A stretch of DNA of 64,000 nucleotides from assembly GCA_951406725.2 (NCBI GenBank), contig OX597825.1, positions 70,804,001 to 70,868,000 of the forward strand. Reading direction: 5' to 3'. The notes beneath the pieces were generated by a model, which saw only the letters and a list, made by a program, of their open reading frames with translations, was not told where the DNA came from and did no database searches. Source of the DNA: Octopus vulgaris. Taxonomy: Eukaryota. Position numbers and translations under genes: made by a program. Below are positions 52,700 to 64,000 of this stretch, piece by piece. Position 1 is the stretch's first letter. Each line of letters begins with the position of its first letter.

Positions 52700-53995
52700 A
52701 GAAACAGCAGATAGACACTGAAAGCTAGATAGACCACTAGAAACTGTAGATTGATACTGAAAGCCACAGATAGACCACTAGCAACAGCAGATAGACACTG
52801 AAAACTAGAGATAGACCACTAGCAACAGCAGACAGACACTGAAAGCGACAGATACTGGAAGCTACAGATAGACCGCTAGGAACAGCAGATAGACACTGAA
52901 AGCCACAGATAAACCACTAGCAACAGCAGATAGACACTGAAAGCTAGAGATATACCACTAGCAACAGCAGATAGACACTGAAAGCTACAGATACTGGAAG
53001 CTACAGATAGACCACTAGAAACTGCAGATAGACACTGAAAGCTACAGACAGACCACTAGCAACAGCAGATAGACACTGAAAACTACAGATAGACCACTAG
53101 CAACAGCAGATAGACACTGAAAGCTAGAGATAGACCACTAGCAACAGCAGATAAACACTGAAAGCTAGAGATAGACCACTAGAAACAGCAGATAGACACT
53201 GAAAGCTACAGATGGTTGGCACACTGTCGGTTACAACGACGAGGGTTCCAGTTGATCCGATCAATGGAACAGCCTGCTCGTGAAATTAACATACAAGTGG
53301 CTGAGCACTCCACTGGCACGTGTACACTTAACATACTTCTCAGGGAGATTCAGCATGACAGAGTGTGACAAGGCTGGCCCTTTGAAATACAGGTACAACA
53401 GAAATAGGAAGAAAGAGTGAGAGAAAGTTGTGGTGAAAGAGTACAGCAGGGTTCACCACCATCCCCTGCCAGAGTCTTGAGGAACTTTAGGTGTTTTCAC
53501 TCAATAAATACTCACAATGCCCGGTCTGGGAATCAAAACCGCGATCCTATGACCACAAGTCCACTGCCCTAACCACTGGACCATTGCACCTCCACAAAAG
53601 CTACAGATAGACCACTAGGAACTGCAGATAGACACTGAAAGCTACAGATAGACCACTAGAAAAAGCAACTAGACACAGAAAGCTATACATAGACCACTAG
53701 AAACTGCAGATAGTCACTGAAAGCTAGAGATAGACCACTAAAAAAAAGCAGCTAGACACTGAAAGCTACAGATACTGGAAGCTACAGATAGACCACTAGG
53801 AACTGCAGATAGACACTGAAAGCTACAGACAGACCACTAGCAACAGCAGATAGACACTGAAAACTATATCTGGACCACTAGCAACAGCAGAGAGACACTG
53901 AAAGCAACAGGTACTGAAAACTGCAGATAGACCACTAGAAACTGCAAATAGACACTAGAAGATAGACAAACACAAAAAGCTACAGACAGATACTA
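52700..53995. repeat. 41-bp minisatellite (dimer of ~20-bp subunits), split by a SINE
   Basis: Unit AGCAACAGCAGATAGACACTGAAAGCTAGAGATAGACCACT. Period 41 checked at 52780/52821. Confidence 0.9.
53214..53596 (-). mobile_element. tRNA-derived SINE inserted into the 41-bp minisatellite
   Basis: tRNA-like head on the minus strand near 53590. AAAGCTACAGAT is duplicated at 53202-53213 and 53597-53608. Confidence 0.85.
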
Positions 53996-54194
53996 GAAGT
54001 AAACAAAAACAGAGACATTAGAAACTCTAGGAAAAGTCATTATCATAGAAAAATAAGCCAATTATAGATGATTTAACTATTAGCCAGACCTGTAATATGG
54101 TCTAAACATATTAATGCCAACACACAATTGAGTCATAAAATATGAGGTGATACTAATAAGTCAATAAACAGGACCAAGTATAAACAATGGATGG

Positions 54195-54545
54195 TATTAT
54201 AAACAATAATTTGTGGGGACAGAAATAGAACAATAGGCTCTATGACAGAACAGAAATAGAACAGGACCTCTAATGGAACAAAACAACTGGCTTTATGATT
54301 GGACAGAAATATAACAATCAGACACAAATAGAAAATAATAGGCTTTCTGACGTGGACAGAAATAGAACAGGCCCTTTTAGTGGAACACAAATGAAACAAC
54401 AGGTCCTCTAATAAGGCACAAATGCAATAATAGGCACTCCAATAGGATACAAAGCAAAGACTTTTTGGTGGGACACAGCAAGAATAGGCACTGGCCTCTG
54501 GTGGTATAGAATTAGGACAAATATACCAGGCCTGCTAATGGGACA
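54195..54545. repeat. Degenerate ~33-bp tandem repeat
   Basis: Recurrent GGACAGAAATAGAACA..GGC.CT.TAATG. Confidence 0.6.
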
Positions 54546-54825
54546 CCTATCACTTAACCCCTATGTTTTCTCCCGCCTTCCCTTTTTTTCCTTCCTTCTC
54601 TCTCCTCCTCCTCCTTTCTCCCTTCATCCCTACCTGATCCCTCTCTCTCTCTCTCATTCCCTCTTCCTTCCTCCTTTCTTTTTCCTTCTCTCCCCCCCTT
54701 CTTTTTCCCTCCATCTCTGCCTGATCCCTTTCTTCCTCATTCTCTCTTCCTTCCTCCCCTTCATTTTCCTTCTCTCTCCTCCTCCCTCTTTCTTCCTCCT
54801 CTCTCTCTCCTCCTCCCTCTTTCAT

Positions 54826-54887
<62 letters not shown>

Positions 54888-54997
54888 AGAAAGAGGGGTG
54901 GAGAAAAGTAGATGGTGAAAGACAGAGAAAATAAAGTGAAGAAAAAGAAATTGAGAAATTGAATTGTAAACATTTTCTGCTGCTACTGCAATTAATT

Positions 54998-55097
<100 letters not shown>

Positions 55098-55515
55098 AAA
55101 TAATACTACTACCACCACCACCACAGCTGCTGATCCTGTATTTTACCCTATATCAACAGCAGTAGGTAAGACTGAAAGTGGGATCATCACAAAACCCCCA
55201 ACAAATTAAACAATGCATGAACAATAACAACAAGAAACAAAAGAAGAAGGGCGGGGAGAGGGCTGAATTGATCCATTAGTTATTCATCTAGCAGAGCAGA
55301 ACTGAGTAGAAGAAAAAAAGGTAAACAGATGACAACCATTTAAAAGGTAGTCATGTGAATAAACAATTGCTGAGGGGAGAGGGGCACAATCATTCTAGGG
55401 AGGGGAAGAAAAACCACCAATAGGAAGGAAAGGGGTCCTTTTGTTGACATCATCATCATTGTCATCATTGTCATCATCAGCATCATGTTCCAACCTATTG
55501 CTATATACTTAATCT

Positions 55516-55912
55516 CTTTAGCATGGCAGGGCAAAATGTGTAGCCATATTTTGTCTGCCGTTACGTTCTGAGTTCAAATTCCGCCGAGGTCGACTTTGCC
55601 TTTCATCTTTTCGGGGTGGATAAATTAAGTACCAGTTACACACTGGGGTCGATGTAATCAACTTAATTCGTTTGTCTGTCCTTGTTTGTCCCCTCTGTGT
55701 TTAGCCCCTTGTGGGTAGTAAAGAAATAGGTATTTCGTCTGCCGTTACGTTCTGAGTTCAAATTCCGCCGAAGACGACTTTGCCTTTCATTCTTTTGGGG
55801 TTGATAAATTAAGTACCAGTTACGCACTGGGGTCGATGTAATCGACTTAATCCGTTTGTCTGTCCTTGTTTGTCCCCTCTGTGTTTAGCCCCTTGTGGGC
55901 AATAAGGAAATA
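55516..55912 (+). mobile_element. Family C SINE with a tandemly duplicated body under one TSD
   Basis: Two ~185-bp units. 16-bp TSD GCTATATACTTAATCT at 55500-55515 and 55913-55928. Confidence 0.85.
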
Positions 55913-57393
55913 GCTATATACTTAATCTTTCCATGTTAGTGTAGGTGTTAGGTGTCACCCACACACAACAACAGAATTTTCTGTCTGCCCATAGAGCTCG
56001 GTCGGTGAAGCATGAAGGTGGTGAGTTGAAAATTACTCCCTGCATGACATAATTTTCGAACCAACTTATGTTCATCCAACACAGCGATGAGGATCATCTA
56101 ATTATCCTTAAAGTTGGCAGATGACTTGCATGGTGGCCTCATTTAAAATGAAGAGCTGTGCACTATCAACCTCACTTCCTTGTCCATGACTGTCTTCAAT
56201 TCAGTGGCAAGGCCAAGTCAAGACAACAGCAGATGGAAACAGATGCAGCAGATGATCAAGATGTCTTACTTGCCCCATCTCGTTCTCTGCTCCGCAAAGC
56301 ATTACTGCATCCACCTTCCCCTCCACTGAACCATGAAGATTTCTTCCACATAGCCCGCTAGATCCTGTTTTCACATGCATAGGGAAGCAAGCCCTAATAT
56401 GCTTGTTAACCTACAGCTGGGACCCCCAACAGGTGCTACTAATCCAGGTTGGAGTACAATTGGGAACAGTAGTGACCAAGAGGTAATTCCAATTTCTTTA
56501 AAACCCTGGAACTCCCAAACTATAGCCCTACTACTGGACGCAGTTGTACCCAAGACATCTCTAGACTGCTTGGCCTAGTAAAAATAGCAACAAAATTATC
56601 ACAAATCACACCATGCCATCTTAAAAAAAAGGAAGGATATTTTGGATAATGAAACCTCGAATATATTGTTTGAAAATATGATAGTAAAAAGGTCACAAAT
56701 AGGTCTGCTCAAAATCAGAGCTGACTAGCAGGTAATCAAACAACCGCACAACTATGATGTTATTTAACCCTTGGTCAGCCATCACTGAGTAGACCTTATG
56801 ATCAATGATGTTCCAAATGTGACCATTCCATCTTTTTGCATATCAGGATCAACACTGTCCAATGCAGACTTCTTTAAGATAATAGGTTGTGATCTGAGAA
56901 ACACTCTGCTGCTATTTCTAGATATTTGAATGACCAAGATTCCCCACATCAGCTCCATATTGCACAGATTGTGACGAGAGATTCTTTTTTGGTGGAGTAA
57001 GCATATGAAGATATAAGTATAAGCATACACACATACACACACACACAGACACAAGGAGTGAGAGAGAGGAGGGAAAAATACACACACATACTCACACAGA
57101 GGAAGACAGAAGTATAGACATCTTAAAATGATATGCATAGATAACTTACACTCATACATATATACACAAAGAAAATAGATATACAGCTATAATACAGCTT
57201 ATACGAGATTCACATTTGAAGTAGGTCAAAAATGCAATAAATATGGTAAAATATGTGGAATATATGTCATTGCACTTGCTGACCTTATCTTAGCGCAATT
57301 AGTCCTTATTGCTAATGACATGAAATTAGTTCACACATTGGTCTTTTCCACTATCTTAAATAATTATACATATTATTATTATTATTATTATTA

Positions 57394-58120
57394 ATGAGTG
57401 AGAGAGCAGTGCATGCCATCAAAGTGACACTGGGGTAAAATATACAAAGCCCAGTATACCCATCATGACTACCCATCTGATAAGGGTACACCAGGCACAT
57501 GCATCACAACCATATGCGTGTGACATGGTGATCTCATATCAAGCTAAACAGTGCATGACCTTGTAGGTGGGGCCCAGTTAGAATTTTCTTCGGGTCAAGT
57601 AGCCCATCCTGCTCAAAAGATCCCTGAATAAGAGTTGTTTGAGGGTGTCGAACGAAACACCCATGTTTCCAAAGGTGAATTATCCAAACCCCAAAGAATT
57701 CATCTCAACACATGGCTATGATGCTATCCCACTACTTCTGCTCGTGATCAGAGATACACATATCGTCAGCCACCAAGGGACATGCTCAACTGGTTACGGT
57801 CAAGCAACTGACAAGCAAATCTGTGGTATTGAGCAGAATATTTGCTGTAGCCCATCTTTTATACCAAGACAAAACAATGTACATGATAACACTTCCAATC
57901 AGTTAAGATCAGAAGCCATGAGAGCCACTGTCTGGTACTGCATCAGGGCATTAGGTACTGCATCTGTTGTTGTTGTTGTTGTTGTTATTATTATTATTAT
58001 TATTCAGTAGTTTTATTTTTATAGTGTGCTTTCACTTCACTACCGAGCGCAGCTCTGTGTGCCTTGGGTATGTGTTGTGATTTGTTGTGGTGCTCTGATG
58101 CTTACTGTATTGAAAGTGTT
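57394..58120. mobile_element. Interspersed repeat segments embedded in (TTA)/(TTG) tracts, probably LINE UTR pieces
   Basis: Two complex, GC-richer blocks (57394-57952 and 58005-58120), each bounded by TTA/TTG microsatellites as the Dong-like inserts are. Confidence 0.45.
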
Positions 58121-58857
58121 TTGTTGTTGTTGTTGTTGCTATTATTATTATTAGGTGCTGTGGACTGCCAGATTCATTAGAATATCAAACAAAATATTTT
58201 GCATTCAGCATTCAAATCCAGCTGAAATCAACTTTGCCTTTTATGCCTCGGGAGTCAATGAAGTACCAGTCAAATACTAGGGCTGATTGTATCGACTAAC
58301 CCCCACCCCTCAAAACAGCCAGCCTTGCGCCTAAATTATAAACTGCTAACAATAGAAAGAACAGAGAACAAAGACATTAACCCTTTTAATACCAAATTGC
58401 CTGAGGCTACCTCTACTAATTCCATTCAACAGCTGTTGATCCACAACTGGATTAAAGCTTCAACATAACACTACCAGCTCATCTATGCTGTCCCAAGAGG
58501 TCAACTGCTTATTGAATGGAGTGCTTTGCAAGGTGAGATGATTGGTCTTGGTCGATGGCACTAAAGCAGGATTTGAACTCAGAATGCAAAGAGCCAGAAG
58601 AAATACTGAGATTAAGATAAAATAAGTAATAATATATTCTTGATTTGCCATTCCAGTTGGTCAAGGAAGTGATTTGGGTCAAGACTTATGTGTAGGGACT
58701 GAAAAGATTTGATCATATTGCTCGTTAGATATATGCATAAATATGCGTGCATGCGTATGCATATGTATATATATATATGTGTGTGTGTGTGCCAGTGTGT
58801 ATACACATATATCAGTCCATGTGTGTATGTGCATGCGTGCATGTGTATATGTCTGTG

Positions 58858-58926
<69 letters not shown>

Positions 58927-58931
58927 CATAC

Positions 58932-58996
<65 letters not shown>

Positions 58997-59623
58997 AGAG
59001 AGATCATTTTGCTGTCTGCATTAATAGCATAGTTTCTTTTCAACACTACCACCTGGCCCTTGGGTGCTTTTAGCAGAGTTCATGCTGTTGCAAAATAACC
59101 TATGAGTCATGGTTTTCTTCTAATCATTGCCCAAACATCAGCTTATGGAAGCCTTTCACTAAGCCAGAAATAAAAAAAATATATATATATTTAGAATATA
59201 AAAAAAAATATAAACATTCTCATGGTTCCCTAGAGTTTGTTTGACTCAATCAGATTTCTCCCTCCCCTCTTCTCTATCTATCTCTCTATCTATCTATCTA
59301 TTTATCACTTTCTCACACACTCTCTCTCTCTTTCTCACACTCACTCTCGTTTTTTCACTCTCTCTGTCTCCTCCTCACTCTCTCTTTCCTTCTCACACTC
59401 TCACTTTCCCTCTCTTTCTCTCTCTCCTTCTCACACTCTCTCTCACTTTCCCTCTCTCTCTTTCTCTCTGCTTCTCACACTCTCTCTCACTTTTCCTCTC
59501 TCTCTCCTTCTCACACTCTCTCTCACTTTCTCTCTCTCACTCTCTCAAAAATTGATAAATTAAGCAAATATATATGTGATATATGTTAATAAATAACTTT
59601 AACTGGTTCTTTCAATTACTTAA

Positions 59624-59833
59624 CCCTTTCGTTACCAACCTGGCTCTGGCTCTATGTACAAATGTCTTGTTTTCATAAGTTTTGAATAAAAATCTTCCAC
59701 CAAACCTTAGTCACAATTTATGTTCCTAACACTAGCTTAATGATAACTAAGTTATTTTGATAAATTCTTTGTTATAACTAAAATAATTGAAAGAAACATA
59801 CAGCATCTCAAAATAAATACAGTAATGAAAGGG
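59624..59833 (+). mobile_element. piggyBac-type MITE, same family
   Basis: TTAA|CCCTTTCGTTACCAACC ... CAGTAATGAAAGGG. Internal sequence matches 26961-27181. Confidence 0.8.
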
Positions 59834-60221
59834 GTAAGGCTTTTTTCAACTATTTTAAAACTGATCCACTTTTCCAACTTAGAATCGATCCAGCAAGTTA
59901 ATCTAGAATTAATCCAGCCAATTAGCTTAGGACTACTACTGGTATTATCAGAATAAAAATTGGACAGTGCAGGAATGGACTGTGTGGTGAAGAAGTTTAC
60001 TTCCCAATCATGTGATTTTGAGTTCCATACCAAGGTGCAGTACCTTGGACAAGTGTTTTCTACTAGAGCACTGCACGAAGCAAAACCTTGCAAAATGGAC
60101 TTGGTGGACAGAGATTAAAAGAAGCCCGTGTGTGTGTGTGGCTGCATGTGTGCCACAGGGCATTTTGTCCAAAGTATTAAGGATTTTGTCAACCCACCGC
60201 CCTCACAATATTGATGATGAT

Positions 60222-60603
60222 GGTTTGTTTGTTTGTTGAGCGAAGCGGTCTTCATCCCATGTCTGTAGTGGGAGAAGTCCCAAATGTGGTCCTTTGCTAT
60301 TCGTAAGTCCCGCAGAAGAGAAAGCCGGTCAACCCCCGACACCGAGAGCATCGATGGATGGATGAATGCGCATCCAGGCTCAGCGGTTGCGTAGGAAGTC
60401 GGAGACAAGAAACAGGAAGAAAGAGTGAGAGAAAGTTGTAGTGTAAGAGTACAACAGGGGTCGCCACCACCCCCTGCCAAAGCCTCGTGGAGCTTTAGGT
60501 GCTTTCGCTCAATAAACACACACAATGTCCGGTCTGGGTATCGAAACTGCGATCCTCCGACCGCAAGTCCGCTGCCCTAACCACTGGGCCATTGCGCCTT
60601 CAC
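60222..60603 (-). mobile_element. tRNA-derived SINE with a (CAAA)n tail
   Basis: Minus-strand head GGCGCAATGGCCCAGTGGTTAGGGCAGCGGACTTGCGG..GTTTCGATACC. Body shared with 3420-3716 and 53214-53596. Confidence 0.85.
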
Positions 60604-60898
60604 TGATGATGATGGTGGTGGTTGTGATGGTGATGCGTGAATGTAGAGAGTAGCTGTCATCCTACTAGTTTTAGTGGTACTGGGAGTATTAACCAGATTG
60701 GAAAGCTTAGGATTGATATGAGGGTAGAACATGCTCAGGGAAGTGCTGTATTGGAGAGAGCAAGGATCTTAAGATTGGTTCTTGGGTGTTAAGTATTGTG
60801 GAAAGAGACCCTGTGAGACATTTGACAGCAGGATGTTGTCTGCTCTTACAGAATTAACCAGAGCAAGTGAAATCGAGAGCTGTGAGAAGTGAAATGGA

Positions 60899-60947
<49 letters not shown>

Positions 60948-60949
<2 letters not shown>

Positions 60950-61067
60950 CCAAATATATGGCACACTAGGCATAACAACAACATGAACTTCCAACCTGTT
61001 GTCTCTTGAGATCTCTGGGTGAGACTTGGAGCCAACTTGTACAAATATAAAGCAAAAGTCAAACATA

Positions 61068-61069
<2 letters not shown>
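60948..61069 (+). mobile_element. Second, shorter copy of the same Dong/R4-like 3' UTR in (TAA)n
   Basis: Near-identical to 21785-21904 (CAAATATATGGCACACTAGGCATAAC...GTCAAACATAG). (TAA)n on both sides. Confidence 0.8.
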
Positions 61070-61125
<56 letters not shown>

Positions 61126-61537
61126 CCTTTCCACTAAAGGCACAAGGCCTGGAATTTTAGGGGAGGGGACTAGTCATTACATCAACCCCGGTGTTTCACT
61201 GGTGCTTAATTTATCGACCCTGAAAGGATGACACATAAAGTCGACCCCAGCAGAACTTAAACTCAGAATGAAAGGACAGAAAAACAAAATAATAATAATA
61301 ATAATAATAATAATAGTAAATCCACTGAAACTGACTTTGTTAACTCTATTGTGAGCTGTTCAGACGTTGGAAGCTAATCTGTGATGAAAAGAGCAAATTA
61401 CTATGGATTAAAATTAACAGATCAAATCAAGATATAGTTTTAGATCTTTTTGTTCATTTTTGGGGGGGGGGGTTTGATAAAAGCTTCTTTTATTTCCCAC
61501 TACTTCTATTACTATCAGTTTGATGTCGATAAAGGTT

Positions 61538-62314
61538 TAGGGGTTCTCAACCATTTTCTACCAGTGGCCCCCTTTGATTCCTGTTTTATTCGGATGGACC
61601 CACTTTAAAAAAAAACCCTACTGTATTTTCATTCTTTTATTTGTTTCAGTCATCTGACTGCGGCCATGCTGGAGCACCACCTTTAGTCAAAGAAATTGAC
61701 CCCAGGACTTATTCTTTGTAAGCCTAGGACATATTCTATCGGTCTCTTTTGCTAAACACAGCAACATCGGTTATCAAGCAATATTGGACACACACACACA
61801 CATACACACATATGCATACATACACAAACACATACAAATATATACATACACATACACACACAAATATATACATACACACACAAATATATACATACACATA
61901 CACACACACATATGTGTGTATATATATATATATACATAAACACTCACACATGACAAGCTTCTTTCAGTCTCTATCTACCAAATCCAGTGACAAGGCTTTG
62001 GTCAGCCCAAAGCCATAGTAGAAGACACTTGCCCAAAGTGCCACATAGTGGGACTGAACCCAGAACCATGTGGTTGGGAAGCAAGCTTCTTACCACGCAG
62101 CCATGTCTGCACCTAAATTTAAAATTATTAGGAGGTGTATAAAAATTGTAAAATCATTTTATGTATTGTGGATATATAACCAAATTATTGAGCATAAACT
62201 GATCTGAAGCACATTTTTTTCAGAGTCCCTGAAAAATTACAGTTGACTCCCAATTTACTATATTGTATTCGTGAACCCCAAAAAGTCTTTATGGACCCGA
62301 ACTGAGAACCCCTG
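61538..62314. mobile_element. hAT MITE of the same family, with a nested SINE (61630-62112, minus)
   Basis: TAGGGGTTCTCAACCA ... CTGAGAACCCCTG. Confidence 0.7.
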
Positions 62315-62856
62315 GTTTAGGCTAATGTTGGAGAACTACAACACTTACAATTACAATAGTTGTTTGGAGGTTTTGAACCTACTTTAGAGACTTGAGTCTT
62401 GTGGATTTGTGTTAATTATTGCCAACACAAGTATTATGTATGTATATGGTATACAAGAGCACAGTTCTGTTGTGTTACAAATCAGCTCTTCAAATCCCAT
62501 TGTCTTATGTCCTTGAACAAAGGTATAACTTTACTTAACAGTATGCTTTGCTGTATATAAACAAAATAGCTCAACACAATATAACTACAATATAAAAAAA
62601 ACAAACATTGTGGCTGAAAACTGAAGTAGCTGTTTTTTTTTTGTTTTTGTTTATTTAAGTTTATATTAAAAGTTGTTGTTTGTAAAAATACATACAGGTA
62701 CCTATTTTGTACAGTAAACAGCGTCATATGCCTACATTGAGAGGAACAAATGGGTGTCAGCAATGATGTCGCAACATGGTCACAAGATTTGCTACAAACA
62801 GCAGCAAATTCTTTATCAAATCATACCCTGTTGTTTTAAATAAAAGACACAGCCAG

Positions 62857-63648
62857 CTAACTTAAGACTGATCCAGCCAGTCAACTTAGGATTGGTCCAG
62901 TCAGCTAACATATAACCTATCCAGTGTTCTAACTAAAGACTGATCCAGTAAGTTAGCCTAGGACTAACCCAACAAGTTAACCTAGGACTATTCCAGCCAG
63001 TCAACTTAGGATTGATCCAGTCAGCTAACATATAACCTATCCAGTGTTCTAACTAAAGACTGATCCAGTAAGTTAGCCTAGGACTAACCCAACAAGTTAA
63101 CCTAGGACTATTCCAGCCAGTTAACTTAGGATTGATCCAGTCAGCTAACATATAACCTATCCAGTGTTCTAACTAAAGACTGATCCAGTAAGTTAGCCTA
63201 GGACTAACCCAACAAGTTAACCTAGGACTATTCCAGCCAGTCAACTTAGGATTGATCCAGTCAGCTAACATATAACCTATCCAGTGTTCTAACTAAAGAC
63301 TGATCCAGTAAGTTAGCCTAGGACTAACCCAACAAGTTAACTTAGGACTATTCCAGCCAGTTAACTTAGGATTGATCCAGTCAGCTAACATATAACCTAT
63401 CCAGTGTTCTAACTAAAGACTGATCCAGTAAGTTAGCCCAGGACTAACCCAACAAGTTAACCTAGGACTATTCCAGCCAGTTAACTTAGGATTGATCCAG
63501 TCAGCTAACATATAACCTATCCAGTGTTCTAACTAAAGACTGATCCAGTAAGTTAGCCTAGGACTAACCCAACAAGTTAACCTAGGACTATTCCAGCCAG
63601 TTACCTAAGGACTGGTCTGGCCAGCTAACTTAAGACTGATCCACCCAG
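62857..63648. repeat. Higher-order tandem repeat: 6 x 120 bp, each of 5 diverged 24-bp monomers, plus flanking monomers
   Basis: Sequence repeats with exact period 120 from 62881 to 63600. Monomer consensus is roughly YTAACYTAGGACTGATCCAGYCAG. Confidence 0.95.
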
Positions 63649-64000
63649 TTAATTTATGAATAATCTAACCAATAAAAACACTAATGAAATACATAATGGA
63701 TCACAGGATGGTCATGAACATTTTAAAATGGGCAGATTCTGCATCAAAGAACCAGATGTGGCATCAGGCTGCTTAGTACTGAAAAGTTTAAACACCAAAA
63801 AACATTTAATGAAATATAGTAGCAGTGATAGTAGTAGGTGAGGGATGATAGTGTTGTTGATAATAGTGGTTGGTGATGATAGTGATGGTGTTGATGATGA
63901 GGGCGGGTGTTGGTAATGGTATTTTGATAATGAAGGTGGTCTAGCTGTGGTGATGGTGGTGGTGGTGGTTTGATGAGGAGGGAGGGTTGAGTTTGTAATG

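Overview
AT-rich, microsatellite- and SINE-saturated eukaryotic DNA. Its repeat families look like those of an octopus (coleoid cephalopod) genome; this is inferred from recognised SINE types, not from a search. The only convincing host coding sequence is one large minus-strand exon (11904..10910). It encodes the N-terminal Ras-association-like extension and first part of the motor domain of a class IX unconventional myosin (Myo9). The rest appears intronic or upstream. It holds dozens of SINEs from three to four families, hAT and piggyBac MITEs, a decayed mariner transposase, RLE-type (Dong/R4- and HERO-like) and RTE LINE ends, and several minisatellites. Most notable are: (i) four minimal hammerhead-ribozyme-like motifs, two inside long hairpin mini-elements, probably Penelope-derived; (ii) a 34-codon uORF in frame with Myo9 and separated from it by a single UAG, a candidate A-to-I editing/readthrough switch; (iii) a 37-nt U2 snRNA 5' retrocopy with a 9-bp target-site duplication; (iv) a 5x24-bp higher-order repeat with a decayed relic 3 kb away. 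Almost all listed ORFs are translated microsatellites. Repeat boundaries were read by eye and are approximate unless a TSD is quoted.
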